NCBI GenBank assembly: GCA_963736855.1
Contig: CAVTQK010000015.1
Span: 704,001 to 768,000 of the forward strand
Origin: an uncultured delta proteobacterium
GTDB taxonomy: Bacteria; Desulfobacterota; Desulfobacteria; Desulfobacterales; UBA2156
DNA: 64,000 nucleotides
Direction: 5' to 3'
Shown here: positions 1 through 10,170 of the stretch, in pieces
Numbering within the stretch: the first letter of the stretch is position 1
Layout: each line of letters opens with the position of its first letter
Notes under the pieces: generated by a model
Database searches by the model: none
The model's input: only the letters and a program-made list of their open reading frames with translations
What the model was told of the DNA's origin: nothing
Position numbers and translations under genes: made by a program

Positions 1-1593
1 GGCTTCCCGAATGGCTTCGATGCTTTTCTTGACTTTATAAGGTTTGATCTTGGTGACAAAGGGAACACCAAGACCTTTGACGACGTTTTCGATATTGAGG
101 CGACCGTAACCGCTGAGGTTGAGCAGGGACATGTCTACACCGGGATGGGGTTGATGTCCTGTCATGGCGGTGATCCCGTTGTCCAGGATCACGAGGGTCA
201 GGTTGTGATTGTTGAAAATAGCGTTGATGAGCCCTGGAATTCCGGAATGAAAGAAGGTGGAATCCCCAATGAAGGAAATGACTTTCCGGTCCGTTGCCTT
301 GGAAAAACCTCCTGCCGTTCCCGTGGATGATCCCATACACAGGAGAAAATCCGCCATAGAAAGGGGGGGAAGGACACCCAAGGTATAGCAGCCGATATCT
401 GTCGGATAAACGGTCTCCATTCCCTCCACCGCCTTTTTGACGGCGTAATAGGTGGCTCGATGGGAGCATCCGGCGCACAGCGTCGGAGGCCGGTCCGGGA
501 CTTCAGGGGCATCACTGACGTCTACGGAGACCGGCTTTTTGTAAGGAATTCCAAAATATTTTGCGATGCGTTCGCGAACCATCCCCGGGTCGAACTCGTA
601 AAGCGGCGAAAAAAAACCTTCTCCTTTTCCCCGGATCTCCACGCAATTTCCATCTTCCTGGGCAAAAGCCTTTACGGCTTCTTCCATGTAAGGCTCGCCT
701 TCTTCCACCACGAGAACCTTTTGACACCCTTTGAGAAACTGTTTTATCAAAGATCCCGGCATGGGATGGGAAAAGCCGATACGCAGGATTCTCGCTTTTC
801 GGCCGATGTCGAGATCTTTGACGGCATCTTTCACGTAGGCATGGCTGATGCCGTTGCAGATAATGCCCCAGGCACCGTCCCCTTCAAGGATGTTCAGGGG
901 AGAGGTTTCGGAAATCGTCCGGGCTTTTTCGATGTTTTTAAGGAGTTTGACATGCAGCTTCCGGGAGACTGCCGGCACGGTTACCAGATTGAGGGGATCT
1001 TTTTTAAATTCTCCCTTGACGACCCGGGGGCGCATGGGACCCAGGGTGACGACTGCGGTGGAGTGATTGATGCGGGTCGTGGTCCGAAAGATGACCGGTT
1101 CCTGGAGCTGTTCGGAGACCTCAAAGGCATAAGGAACCAGTTCCTTGGCTTCCTGGACGGATGACGGTTCGATTACCGGGAGTCCGGAAAGCTTACCGTA
1201 ATACCGATTGTCTTGCTCGTTTTGACTGGAGAACATAAAGGGATCATCCGCGGTGAGCACGACCATCCCGCCTTTGACACCCACATAAGCCAGCGTCATG
1301 AGGGGATCTGCGGCCACATTCAGACCCACATGCTTCATGACCGCCATGCTGCGAAGGCCGCAGTTTGCAGCAGCAGCCGCCACCTCGAGGGCGACTTTTT
1401 CATTGGTGCTATACTCGAAATAAAGATCGCTTTCCTGGGACATTTGGAAAAAGCTCAATGAAACCTCCGAAGAGGGCGTCCCGGGGTAAGTGCTGGTGAA
1501 AGCGACTCCCGCTTCAATGGCCCCGCGGGCGATGGCCTCATTACCGAGGAGGAGCATTTTTTCGCCGGCTCTATCCGTCAATAGCTTATGCAT
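1..1593 (-). CDS. iorA: Indolepyruvate ferredoxin oxidoreductase alpha subunit (3' end runs off the window)
   Basis: Manual translation from ATG at 1593 gives MHKLLTDRAGEKMLLLGNEAIARGAIEAGVAFTSTYPGTPSSE...STNEKVALEVA...MKHVGLNVAADP...DDPFMFSSQNEQDNR. It is missing from the ORF track because there is no stop in the window. Confidence 0.92.
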   Translation of the reverse strand, partial: MHKLLTDRAGEKMLLLGNEAIARGAIEAGVAFTSTYPGTPSSEVSLSFFQMSQESDLYFEYSTNEKVALEVAAAAANCGLRSMAVMKHVGLNVAADPLMTLAYVGVKGGMVVLTADDPFMFSSQNEQDNRYYGKLSGLPVIEPSSVQEAKELVPYAFEVSEQLQEPVIFRTTTRINHSTAVVTLGPMRPRVVKGEFKKDPLNLVTVPAVSRKLHVKLLKNIEKARTISETSPLNILEGDGAWGIICNGISHAYVKDAVKDLDIGRKARILRIGFSHPMPGSLIKQFLKGCQKVLVVEEGEPYMEEAVKAFAQEDGNCVEIRGKGEGFFSPLYEFDPGMVRERIAKYFGIPYKKPVSVDVSDAPEVPDRPPTLCAGCSHRATYYAVKKAVEGMETVYPTDIGCYTLGVLPPLSMADFLLCMGSSTGTAGGFSKATDRKVISFIGDSTFFHSGIPGLINAIFNNHNLTLVILDNGITAMTGHQPHPGVDMSLLNLSGYGRLNIENVVKGLGVPFVTKIKPYKVKKSIEAIREA

Positions 1594-1736
1594 GGTCCCT
1601 TCCTCATTCTGGTTGAAGTTGCATGAAGGTTTTTTAAACGATCTCTAAACCGGATTCAATATATTAGACTAGCAAAAAGCTACATTACAGCTACAATACA
1701 GTACAGTCAAGAAAATTGTTGAGGAAAGGAGGGCGC

Positions 1737-1860
1737 ATGATCGTTCGAAACATCAATGATCCGGAGGTTCTTGAAACCACTTATCCGGCCTACGGCGGTG
1801 CCGTTGCTCAAATGATTCTGGATTACCGGATTTTGAAGGAGATCGGATTTTTAAAGGAAA
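1737..1860 (+). pseudogene. Truncated N-terminus of a small cupin-like protein
   Basis: RBS (ggaggg) then MIVRNINDPEVLETTYPAYGGAVAQMILDYRILKEIGF. The similarity ends at the hairpin at 1853. The family is recalled, not searched. Confidence 0.35.
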
Positions 1861-1891
1861 AAGACCCATGCGCTACGCATCTTTTTCCTTT
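1853..1891. terminator. Inverted repeat overlapping the stop of the EHD-like gene
   Basis: aaaggaaaaag...atgcg-cta-cgcat-ctttttccttt. Confidence 0.45.
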
Positions 1892-3348
1892 TCTGCGGTC
1901 AGGGCGGCCAAGAATGGACCCGGCGGGTCGATGATGGGAACATCGGGTCGCAGGGAGGCTAACTCATTGAGAGATTCCCGGATCTCCTTGGAGCCTCGTT
2001 CAAATACTACCCGAACGGTTTCCAGGTCCTGTTTTACTTCTCCGGTGGAGAAGCGACCCGAAGTCTTTTCCAAATACGTTAGGACAAGTTCACGAATGGC
2101 CTGCCAGGTATCCCGGCGGCTTTGATTGTCCTTTGTCGTCAATGTGTCGATGTTAGTAAGTGCCCTGCGATGAAAGCGTTTGCGCAGGAGCTTCGTCATG
2201 ACAGCCAGCCACAGGATTATCAGTGCTACGGCAATGCCGGTGCCGATCAGGACGAGAAGGGAAAAGTCTCCCACCGCGCTGCTGGTGGCAAGCAGAGAGG
2301 TGCCGGCTGCAGCGCCGACCAGGCTGATGAACACTCCGATCAGTGTGTGCCTGAGAGTGGCCTTTCGGAATTGTCTTCGATAACTGAAGAGCGCTTCCAG
2401 AAAATGGCTCAATCTCTCGCTGTGGGTTTCCACGAATGTAGCCAGGTTGTCCAGGCGATATCGGGGGGCCTCCAGGACGGCTTTTTTCAGGTCCTCCCGC
2501 TGGTTTTCGAGATATTTCAAGAATCCAAGATCATGACTCTGAAGGTTTTGCGACGCCATCAGGGCTCGTGGAGAATAGGTCAGATGGATCATCGGAATGT
2601 CTTTTCGGCCCGTGATCTGGGAAAGGTTCCAACACAAGGTGCCGTAAACCCGAAGCAGGTCGTTTAAGGAGCCGCATTCATCGATACGGTTGAGAACGAA
2701 GAGGATCCTGTCCTCAAAAGTGCGGGAGGGGAGGGTATCCCGCAGGCTGGTATGGGTTTCCCGAACGGTGCCGGCTTTGTGGGGATCGAACAGGACCAGG
2801 ATCAAATCGGCCATTTGGGCCAGGTCGCCGATAACCTCCTGATAGTTGTATCCACGGTCCCGCTCCGTGATGCTGTCCAGCATACCGGGGGTGTCGATGA
2901 GGGCCAGCGTATTGAGGAAAGGGGATGCGACTCGTTTAAGACGAAAGTGCGCTGAAAATCGCTGCCCGTGTTTTTTCAGCGATTCAAAGGGAAATTCGGG
3001 ATCGTTGAGCAGATACTTGCCGTCTCGTTCTTCCGTGACACGAATGGGTCCGTCGTCGGGCTGCTTTTCATCCATTGTGATGACAGTGAAAGAGTCATCC
3101 GTAGGCGCTTGCCCGGTAGCCTGGATATCGGCTCCCAGGAATTCATTGATCAAAGCGGATTTGCCGGAGGAGTAATTACCTATTACCAGGACCAGAGGGC
3201 GCCATTTGATGCTCGTCTCCAGGGGTGCTTCACTATAAGAATAACGCAGAGCCACCGGTGTCAGGAGATCCCGAACCATCTCCTGGAGCTCGGAACGCAG
3301 GGCATTGATATAATTTTCACGATAAATCTGCATGGGCAAAGGTGGCAA
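1873..3348 (-). CDS. Dynamin-superfamily NTPase, EHD/sarcalumenin-like, with C-terminal transmembrane hairpin
   Basis: P-loop GNYSSGKS, TGQAPTDDSF, IDTPG, RGYNY, LFDPHK, VLNRID and LLRVYGTLCWNL, plus two hydrophobic helices (TLIGVFISLVGAAAG; LLVLIGTGIAVALIILWLAVM). Confidence 0.85.
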   Translation of the reverse strand: MPPLPMQIYRENYINALRSELQEMVRDLLTPVALRYSYSEAPLETSIKWRPLVLVIGNYSSGKSALINEFLGADIQATGQAPTDDSFTVITMDEKQPDDGPIRVTEERDGKYLLNDPEFPFESLKKHGQRFSAHFRLKRVASPFLNTLALIDTPGMLDSITERDRGYNYQEVIGDLAQMADLILVLFDPHKAGTVRETHTSLRDTLPSRTFEDRILFVLNRIDECGSLNDLLRVYGTLCWNLSQITGRKDIPMIHLTYSPRALMASQNLQSHDLGFLKYLENQREDLKKAVLEAPRYRLDNLATFVETHSERLSHFLEALFSYRRQFRKATLRHTLIGVFISLVGAAAGTSLLATSSAVGDFSLLVLIGTGIAVALIILWLAVMTKLLRKRFHRRALTNIDTLTTKDNQSRRDTWQAIRELVLTYLEKTSGRFSTGEVKQDLETVRVVFERGSKEIRESLNELASLRPDVPIIDPPGPFLAALTAEKEKDA

Positions 3349-3642
3349 TTCTTTAAGCCGAATAGCTATCAGAACCCGACGGTTGCGTCAATACCCCTTA
3401 GAAACCGGAAGAATACCGGTTCATCCGACTAAAGCGTACTTTGCCTGATGGAGTGTGAATATTTTGATTCTGAAGGATTCCTATTTGGGTCGTGGCGTGA
3501 TCATGGAGTCTGCGTCTGAAATCAGGGCCGGAAACCGATGCCTGACATGGAAGGGGTTACTAACGATATTCTATTTTAAAAGAGGGTCAAATTATCTGAT
3601 CGACATATTCAATTTGCCGTCCAACCTGTTTTTTACTGCTTG

Positions 3643-3708
3643 ATTTTACGGGTCGGAAAGATCCCGCCACCAGGCGGGATGATCGAGCAAACAAACTGCC
3701 CGTAAAAT
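3643..3708. terminator. Nested hairpin downstream of tRNA-Pro (terminator/REP-like palindrome)
   Basis: A 10-bp IR attttacggg/cccgtaaaat encloses the perfect 8-bp hairpin atcccgcc-acca-ggcgggat. Confidence 0.5.
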
Positions 3709-3723
3709 TTGCAATGTTTTTAT

Positions 3724-3800
3724 TGGTCGGGAAGACTGGATTTGAACCAGCGACCCCAGCGTCCCGAACGCTGTGCTCTACCAGACTGAGCCACTTCCCG
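3724..3800 (-). tRNA. tRNA-Pro(CGG)
   Basis: Reverse complement is CGGGAAGTGGCTCAGTCTGGTAGAGCACAGCGTT-CGG-GACGCTGGGGTCGCTGGTTCAAATCCAGTCTTCCCGACCA: full cloverleaf with encoded CCA. Confidence 0.97.
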
Positions 3801-3801
3801 A

Positions 3802-4854
3802 CTATGTTTGCTGCTTATGCGTATCAATACTTTGGGAAAATGTATTTTCCCCGGTCAGATTCAGCCCCGGCATTCGGGATACCAGGGCGCGGGCGGTGTC
3901 GATATCGGTATGGCCATAGACCCTGAGCGTGGTGTCTTCTCTTGAGTGCCCAGCCATTTTCGACACGGTTTTCAAATCACCCTCTCTGATTAAATTCGTG
4001 ATGGCGGCGTGCCGGAGATCGTAAAGTCTCAATCTCCGGGTTATCCCCGCACGTTTCTTGGCCCGATTCCAGGCGGTTTTCAATGAGCCGATCCCCTTTC
4101 CCCGCCATTTGATGATCGGTCCGGATTCGGGCTTCCCGTCAGCTTCATGCCACATTCTGAGATGAGATTCAAGCTCTTTGTGTAAAGGCGGCATCCGATT
4201 TCTCGGACCTCCTTTTGAGGCGCCGTGGATGGTGATCGTCTGTCTGTTAAAGTCGATCCTATCCCATGTTAATCGGTTGAGTTCGGACAAGCCCGGTTTG
4301 GCCTCGGTATAATACGCCAGGAGAAGGGCGCGGCGGAATTGGGGGCTGACGCTGTTCCAGATCCGCTTGACCTCGTCAGGGGTTGGAGGCTGAATAATGG
4401 CGTCGTCCCGCTGGGGTTTGCGGTATCCGGCAACCGGATTCTTCAGGGGGTATTTACGGCTGACGGCCCAATTGAGGCTGGTTTGGATATCGGCCAGTTC
4501 CCTGCAGACGGTCACTTGTTTGACGGATTCCAGGCGTTTCGAAACGAAAAAATCCAGGGTGGAAGGATCCAAAGCGGCGGCGGGGATGTGTCCGATCAAC
4601 GGATTGATGACCGATTTGAATTTGTAATCCCAGGTTATGGATGTCATCTCTGCCACCGATCCGTATTTGGCGGTGACAAATAGATTAACAAGTTCGCTGA
4701 ACGTGGCCCCTGTTCGGTTGCGGGAGCCGGCTGATTTCAACGACGCATCGAAGGTCATGGCGTCGGTTTCGGTGGCGAAGTAGCGGCGTTTCCGTTTGCC
4801 TTTGATGTAATAGGCGGCAAACCATTTTCCGTGGCGGGTTTGATGGACGGACAT
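3802..4854 (-). CDS. Tyrosine recombinase / phage integrase (first catalytic Arg apparently lost)
   Basis: N-terminal arm-binding-like region (GKWFAAYYIKGKRKRRYF), RLYDLRH, AGHS and YGH. The box I position reads YTEAKPG instead of TGxR. Confidence 0.9.
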   Translation of the reverse strand: MSVHQTRHGKWFAAYYIKGKRKRRYFATETDAMTFDASLKSAGSRNRTGATFSELVNLFVTAKYGSVAEMTSITWDYKFKSVINPLIGHIPAAALDPSTLDFFVSKRLESVKQVTVCRELADIQTSLNWAVSRKYPLKNPVAGYRKPQRDDAIIQPPTPDEVKRIWNSVSPQFRRALLLAYYTEAKPGLSELNRLTWDRIDFNRQTITIHGASKGGPRNRMPPLHKELESHLRMWHEADGKPESGPIIKWRGKGIGSLKTAWNRAKKRAGITRRLRLYDLRHAAITNLIREGDLKTVSKMAGHSREDTTLRVYGHTDIDTARALVSRMPGLNLTGENTFSQSIDTHKQQT

Positions 4855-4863
4855 CAGTATTTA

Positions 4864-5331
4864 TTATCTTTTTCGCGTGGGAGGTTTTCCCCTATCGAAT
4901 TTTGCTTTGAGTTTTGATATCGAGTCAACGATTCCAGGCCGCAATAATCGCCGAAAAACGGGTTCTATATTATTATCTTCGGATGCAAATAAGCAGCTAA
5001 TTATTTCTTCTGTCAATTTGGCATCAAGGGTTCCCTCGAAGGTAATATCCGGATCATTGCTGATATCGTTTGCCGGAATCGGATATCTTTCCCAAAGTTG
5101 GACCCAAGTATCGAGAGGAAAGAATGCTTTATTGGAAGGAATGAAAAAGAGACTGAGTTCTTTGATACAGCCCGGCACCCGGGGCTTATTTTTCTGTTTT
5201 GAAGTGGTTTTAACAAAAAGGTAGGGTTCGTTGTTGCCGGGGGTGTTTAAAAGGATCAAATATTTATTGCCTATGACCCCGTTTTTAAAGACGAGATGTC
5301 TATGTTGAAAAATATCTCCACGCGAATGCAA
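4864..5331 (-). CDS. Putative toxin of a Panacea TA pair, possibly PemK/MazF-like fold
   Basis: The TTG start directly follows the antitoxin stop. RGDIF...KYLILLN...VKTTSK pattern resembles the PemK-like beta barrel. Confidence 0.5.
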   Translation of the reverse strand: MHSRGDIFQHRHLVFKNGVIGNKYLILLNTPGNNEPYLFVKTTSKQKNKPRVPGCIKELSLFFIPSNKAFFPLDTWVQLWERYPIPANDISNDPDITFEGTLDAKLTEEIISCLFASEDNNIEPVFRRLLRPGIVDSISKLKAKFDRGKPPTRKR

Positions 5332-5892
5332 TCATTTAACTCCAAAAAGTTTATACATTTCCTCTCGCTCTTCAACGCGTTCCCTGATTTCTTCAGGAGA
5401 TAACCTAACAACATCACTATCAATTGCCAGCATGTAATCGATTTTTTGGTACTCTCCTTTTTCCCTTAGAGTTTTGTCCCAAGGTTCATTTTTTAGGTGT
5501 GTGGATTCAATCATTGCATCTGCTTTGGTGTCATAAAAGACGAAGGCGATTTCCTCTAAAAGCTGCATCTCTTTTTTAGTAAAATAGAGATCAGAAAATT
5601 TTTTTCGTGGCTGGATTTTTTGAAAGGTCTCTTCTGAAGACAAATCGTGAATGGATTCAATCAAATCCGGCTTCATTTTTCCGGAAATCTCCTCGTAGAG
5701 ATCTTTTGGTACCGGCCCCATTTTCCACGCGAAATACTCGAGGCCGGTAACAGATTTGCCGTTCTCCTTGAAGTGTCTGAAATCTAAGAAGTACAACAGC
5801 TTAAGAAGTTTTGTTTTGCCGCAATACAGGGTATTTTTGGCAAAGTAAATGATGGCGTTTATTAATTTTTCTCTATGATAGGTAATAATCAT
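5332..5892 (-). CDS. Panacea-domain (DUF4065/SocA/GepA) antitoxin
   Basis: KLINAIIYF...KTKLLKLLYFLDF...GKSVTGLEYFAWKMGPVP...STH...PW. Confidence 0.88.
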   Translation of the reverse strand: MIITYHREKLINAIIYFAKNTLYCGKTKLLKLLYFLDFRHFKENGKSVTGLEYFAWKMGPVPKDLYEEISGKMKPDLIESIHDLSSEETFQKIQPRKKFSDLYFTKKEMQLLEEIAFVFYDTKADAMIESTHLKNEPWDKTLREKGEYQKIDYMLAIDSDVVRLSPEEIRERVEEREEMYKLFGVK

Positions 5893-5898
5893 ATTAAT

Positions 5899-5927
5899 AT
5901 CTTAGTACGCAAGTGTCAGAAAGTCAA
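5899..5927 (-). promoter_or_regulatory. Sigma70 promoter of the PanAT operon, probably leaderless
   Basis: TTGACT-17 bp-TAAGAT, ending 6 nt before the ATG at 5892, with no SD sequence. Confidence 0.6.
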
Positions 5928-5986
5928 ACTCGGCATTGAACGGTCCAGCGCCCGTCTTTGCGGAGATAAACGGCCATGGTCGGCAA

Positions 5987-6565
5987 TCAGTTGGAAATGC
6001 ATTTAAAATATGTTCCGACAATTTTCCAGGTGCCGCCGGCATAAGTGCTTCCGACCCAGTCGGAGCCTTCGAAAATCCTGGAGGCGCTTCCACCGACATT
6101 TTCAACCGAAGTTATAATATTCGTAAAACCGCCCTTGTCGCCGGATAGGGAAATGAAGACCTGAAGCAATTTACAGGCTCCTCCGCCGGATACCCTTCCG
6201 GACACCTTGATCCGGTCTTCGCCTTCTTTGGTTACGCTGATGGAGGAGACCTGATAATCGGCCGCTGCTTTGGCTTTTTCGGCTTCGATCCTCCGAGTCT
6301 GCCGATTCGTTTCTATTTCCTTCATGGAATCCTTATATCGTTCGGTGGCTTTTTCGAGTTTGTCTTTGACGGTTTCGGGCTTTTGCGGAGTATGTGCGGC
6401 TTCGCCCTGTTCCTGGATGTTTTCGGCCTCGGGCGGCGGGGCAGTGTTGGTGACGTGCTTTACTCCGTCCTTATCGGTCCAAATATAGATTTGAGCGAGA
6501 GAGACGGATGGAAATGCAATTGAAATGAGGGATGCTATGAAAAATGCTATAAGTTTGGTTTTCAT
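5987..6565 (-). CDS. Secreted DUF4124-domain protein
   Basis: Signal peptide followed by QIYIWTDKDGVKHVTNTAPP. Confidence 0.8.
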   Translation of the reverse strand: MKTKLIAFFIASLISIAFPSVSLAQIYIWTDKDGVKHVTNTAPPPEAENIQEQGEAAHTPQKPETVKDKLEKATERYKDSMKEIETNRQTRRIEAEKAKAAADYQVSSISVTKEGEDRIKVSGRVSGGGACKLLQVFISLSGDKGGFTNIITSVENVGGSASRIFEGSDWVGSTYAGGTWKIVGTYFKCISN

Positions 6566-6583
6566 GGCGATGCCTCCGTTTGG

Positions 6584-7135
6584 TCATCTATAATTTGTAA
6601 GCCCTTCCCTTGTGGTCCATAATTTTATCCCTTCATAAACGAATTGGGTTTCTCCCCCAAACATACCAGGATGTTCTAGGACGGTCACGGTTATCCCGCT
6701 TTTGATATTAAAGCATTTATTGGATTTAAAGTAGCTGTCGAAACTACCTCGATCTTTTGCTGCTATGAAATGAATCAAATCGTCGAGCCATTCTTTTGTC
6801 CGGCATGCGACACAGTTTTCGCTTGTCGTGGCGATTCCTGTCCCGGAAGGATCGATTCTTTTTTTGGGAGGTTCATAAGAACGAATTGCTTTTTTCGGTT
6901 CCGTAATGGGAAACGTTTCATGTTTTTCTCGAAGGATGTTTTTGACGGTGCTTTTCGGAATGCACTTTTCCTTGCCGTCATGCCAAAAGCATATGTTGTC
7001 CCCGTCTTTCCAGTGGTATTTCGTTTCATAGCTCGTCCCGTCTTCAAGGATGATCGCATACTGGGCAAGGACATGTGGCGCATATCCGATGAGGAAAAAA
7101 ACCGTGGCAATAAAGATTCTACTTTTTATTTTCAT
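6584..7135 (-). CDS. Secreted hypothetical protein
   Basis: Signal peptide (..HVLA/QYAII), 183 aa, RBS aaagga, several Cys. Confidence 0.7.
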   Translation of the reverse strand: MKIKSRIFIATVFFLIGYAPHVLAQYAIILEDGTSYETKYHWKDGDNICFWHDGKEKCIPKSTVKNILREKHETFPITEPKKAIRSYEPPKKRIDPSGTGIATTSENCVACRTKEWLDDLIHFIAAKDRGSFDSYFKSNKCFNIKSGITVTVLEHPGMFGGETQFVYEGIKLWTTREGLTNYR

Positions 7136-7571
7136 GACCTATCCTTTCCACGGACCCACCAAGATCCTTGCCCTCCAGGGTTGATGATTTGCGCGGATGA
7201 TGGCATGGCGTCTCGCCGTTTTCCCTTCGATCGAAAGGAGATTTCCGGCGATTAGGATAGCGCCGACAATAAGGATCTTTCCGATATTTCCATACATGAT
7301 CTCTTTGATGGGTTCCAGGTTGAGTATGGCGCCTACATTTTCAGCCAGTTTATGTAGAGATCCAGGGTATCTCAGGCCGATAAGAAATTTATGTTAGGGA
7401 GATTTTATACAAGAAAGAGTATAAATCAATGGTAAAATTCGTCAGAATGGAAGAAAAGGGGTGAGAATTGAAGCTTTTCCAGGCTTCCATACATTTTACC
7501 TGTGAAATTAAATTCAAAGGAATTACAGAAACTTAAAGGCGAGTGGTACTAAAATCCCGACCGATGTTGAA

Positions 7572-7600
7572 ATCCTATGACCAGGCCGCTTTTTTGTCAA
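7572..7600 (-). promoter_or_regulatory. Near-consensus sigma70 promoter, likely the original tRNA-Pro promoter
   Basis: TTGACA-17 bp-TAGGAT followed by TTCAACATCGGT-CGGGA, where CGGGA equals the first 5 nt of tRNA-Pro. Confidence 0.65.
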
Positions 7601-7629
7601 ATGGAAAGTGTACGCTTCTATGTATGGGC

Positions 7630-9389
<1,760 letters not shown>

Positions 9390-9497
9390 GGATTTTTGCT
9401 CTAAAGCAAATGTGCTCCGTATGCAACCGAAATGAAGTTCCCGTTGACATATCGTCACATTTTTTCTAAAAAAGAGTTGTTTGCTGCATGAGTGCGT

Positions 9498-9573
9498 GCG
9501 CCCGTAGCTCAGTGGATAGAGCGCCGGACTACGAATCCGTAGGCCGCCCGTTCGAATCGGGCCGGGCGCACCA
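9498..9573 (+). tRNA. tRNA-Arg(ACG)
   Basis: GCGCCCGTAGCTCAGTGGATAGAGCGCCGGACT-ACG-AATCCGTAGGCCGCCCGTTCGAATCGGGCCGGGCGCACCA. TTGACA lies upstream at 9444. Confidence 0.97.
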
Positions 9574-10170
9574 AATTATAACTGATGTAGGTTGAAAAAT
9601 ATGGACACCAAAGTTTACGAGGTGAGGATCAAGAGGCAGCGCGGTGGACCCCATTGTTTGAACAGCCTGATGGGAGGGATAAGCTCTGAACCGGTTGCTC
9701 AGCATTGAGAACTTGGTGGGGATCGATGATGCCGAGCTAAGAGTGGCTGCCAAGAGCGCGAACTGTTTTCTTCGGGCCGTAGCAGCTTGAAGACAGACCG
9801 TCCGACCCGAGACCAACCCAGGCGAAGAAGGTCAGCAGCGAGATCTGGTGAAACACGCGCGGGTCGCTCGGGTCCTTTGGACGCCCAATGACCATGTGCC
9901 TGGCCTTGCCCAAGACGCCGATGACCCGTGGGCTGACACCCTCTTCGATCATCGGCGTCAGGTCACCCTCCCTCCAACCGCTCATCATACTACCTCCGCT
10001 TCTGCGCACCTACTAACAGCTGGCGTGGTCGAGTGATTGAGAGCGCGCTGAGGCAGTGGCGGCGATCGAGATCCGCAATTCGAAATCGGAAATCCGAAAT
10101 GGACCACTTGACCCACGGGCGCCGCCTATCGCCCACCCGCAACATGTACGCGAAATCTACGCCGACGCGC

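Larger units (their letters stand above)
3796..7561 (-). mobile_element. Small integrative islet (integrase + PanAT TA + two secreted proteins) at the tRNA-Pro 5' end
   Basis: The integrase abuts the tRNA. A 7-bp direct repeat tcccgac lies at 3796-3802 and 7555-7561, both followed by similar atgtt. Cargo is AT-richer than the flanks. Confidence 0.6.

Noticed and set aside
460..1461. Plus-strand ORFs 460..1164 and 1213..1461
   Set aside because: Antisense shadows of iorA.
7137..7400. Short minus-strand ORF (MYGNIGKILIVGAIL...) at the islet edge
   Set aside because: No clear start context or recognisable family; may be a decayed gene.
9600..10170. ORFs 9529..9816, 9737..10009, 9848..10036 and an attR duplicate of tRNA-Arg
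   Set aside because: The ORFs have no recognisable motifs, and I found no copy of the tRNA-Arg 3' end downstream, so the tract cannot be delimited as a single island.
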